A stretch of DNA of 64,000 nucleotides from Amoebidium appalachense (lineage: Eukaryota; Protista; Ichthyosporea), in NCBI GenBank assembly GCA_963693365.1, contig CAVNZM010000002.1, forward strand, positions 15,347,615 through 15,411,614. Direction: 5' to 3'. The notes under the pieces were generated by a model. It did no database searches, was not told where the DNA came from, and saw only the letters and a list, made by a program, of their open reading frames with translations. The translations under genes and the position numbers were made by a program. Below, one piece after another: positions 62,768 to 64,000 of this stretch. Each line of letters opens with the position of its first letter. The first letter of the stretch is position 1.

Positions 62768-64000
62768 AGTATTGGTACTAATGGCTGAGGGAGCCTCGGA
62801 AGGGATGTAGCCGTTTCGTGGATACTGTTCGTTGTCGTATCAGTCTCCCTTAAACGATATGCTAGTTGTTGCTCTCTTTCCTCATATGATGTATCGCCTG
62901 CACGTGCCAAAAAGTGCAATCAGATACTACATCTTTGGGACTGGCACAATATCAACCATTTCTCTTCCGGGCATTTTCCCTTGCCTCTAATTTTTTTCTT
63001 CCGTTTATTATTCCCTCCTCCCCCCTCCCCCCTCCCTCCCTCCTTGCCCCCTCCCCCCCCCCCCCCCCCCCCCCCCCCTCCCCTTTCTCTTCTTCTATTC
63101 TGCTTTTTTTTCATCATTGCCTCTTCCGTATCGCGTTCTTTTCTGTCCCTTTCCTTCCCTCTCTCCTTTTCCTGTTTCTTTCTTTTTCCTTCTCGTTGTC
63201 AGTTTAAAAAGTTATTAAAATAATTATGTATCAAGCTCAAAATTCCCTGCTCCTCTCATCTTCTATTTTTTCTTTCTTGCCTACCCCCTTCTTCACCCTT
63301 GAACTAAACGCCATTCCCACTTGTCCTCCCCTGTGTTTTTTTCGATTTTATTGTTCCCCAGTCCTTTTTTCCCTCCTTTCCCTTTTCCCCTCTGTTTCCC
63401 TTACCTGTCCCCTTCCCTTCCGTGTTTCTTACCTTTTCTGTTTTTTTTCCTGTCCTTTCCTGTCTTTTTTCTTTCCCGTTTTTTGGAAGGAAGTTTAAGG
63501 AGGATATCCGTAAAGCTCATAGATATCCGTAAAGCTCATAAACGGGAAACGAAAAACGAAGGGGAGGGGGGGGGGGGGGAGGGGTTTCAGAAAATTTGCG
63601 CATATCTTGCCTGCCCCTCCCCCCCTCCTTTCCCTCCCTCTGGTTTCAAAATCAACAATTCCTTACCCATTCCCCTTCCCTTACAGTGTTTCTTTTCTGC
63701 TTTTTCCTTGCCCTTACTTTTCTTTCCCCCTTTTTTGGCAAAAAACATCGAAGCAAGTAAGAAAGTAGAAAGCCATGAACAAACTAAAAAGAAGTTGTTT
63801 ATGCATAGAGCTCAGAAGCAAGAAACTCCCGAAGCAAAATAAGTAAAGACCAAAAGGCGAAAGAAAAATGTAAAATATACCTGATACTGTCTATTCTCTT
63901 CCACGTGCGATTCCCTGTAATGTTGTAGCTCTTCTCTGTGTGTGTCTCTGTATTTCCGCGCATCTTCCCTATGCGCTTCCCTGTGCGTATTCCTGTAGTT

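Overview
Eukaryotic genomic DNA, probably a unicellular opisthokont (inferred). Its GT-AG introns are packed with poly(C)/poly(G) runs and (CA)n/(TG)n repeats, so most of the ORF track is noise. Genes: the 3' part of an 11-exon FBXO7-like gene (FP domain, F-box, Pro-rich tail; <8-10350 +), an intronless MerT-like/HMA fusion (12024-12797 +), a small secreted SdrD-B-like protein (14599-15788 -), two head-to-head paralogous multi-pass membrane proteins (one frameshifted), and a complete 15-exon ELP3 (27790-42401 +). The right third is a transposon nest: a young Ty3/Gypsy chromodomain LTR element (46300-54552, TSD GTCTC), a decayed LINE split by a 3.1-kb tyrosine-recombinase element with no reverse transcriptase (54884-57964), and a Helitron-type DUF6570 fragment. 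Two leads stand out. (1) A non-coding, 5'-truncated intronic retroposon family always abuts poly(C) and carries a ~160-nt multi-pseudoknot RNA core with compensatory changes between two subfamilies. (2) The RT-less YR element has A...B-A...B termini and a 3-bp AAT crossover, and removing it restores the host LINE reading frame.
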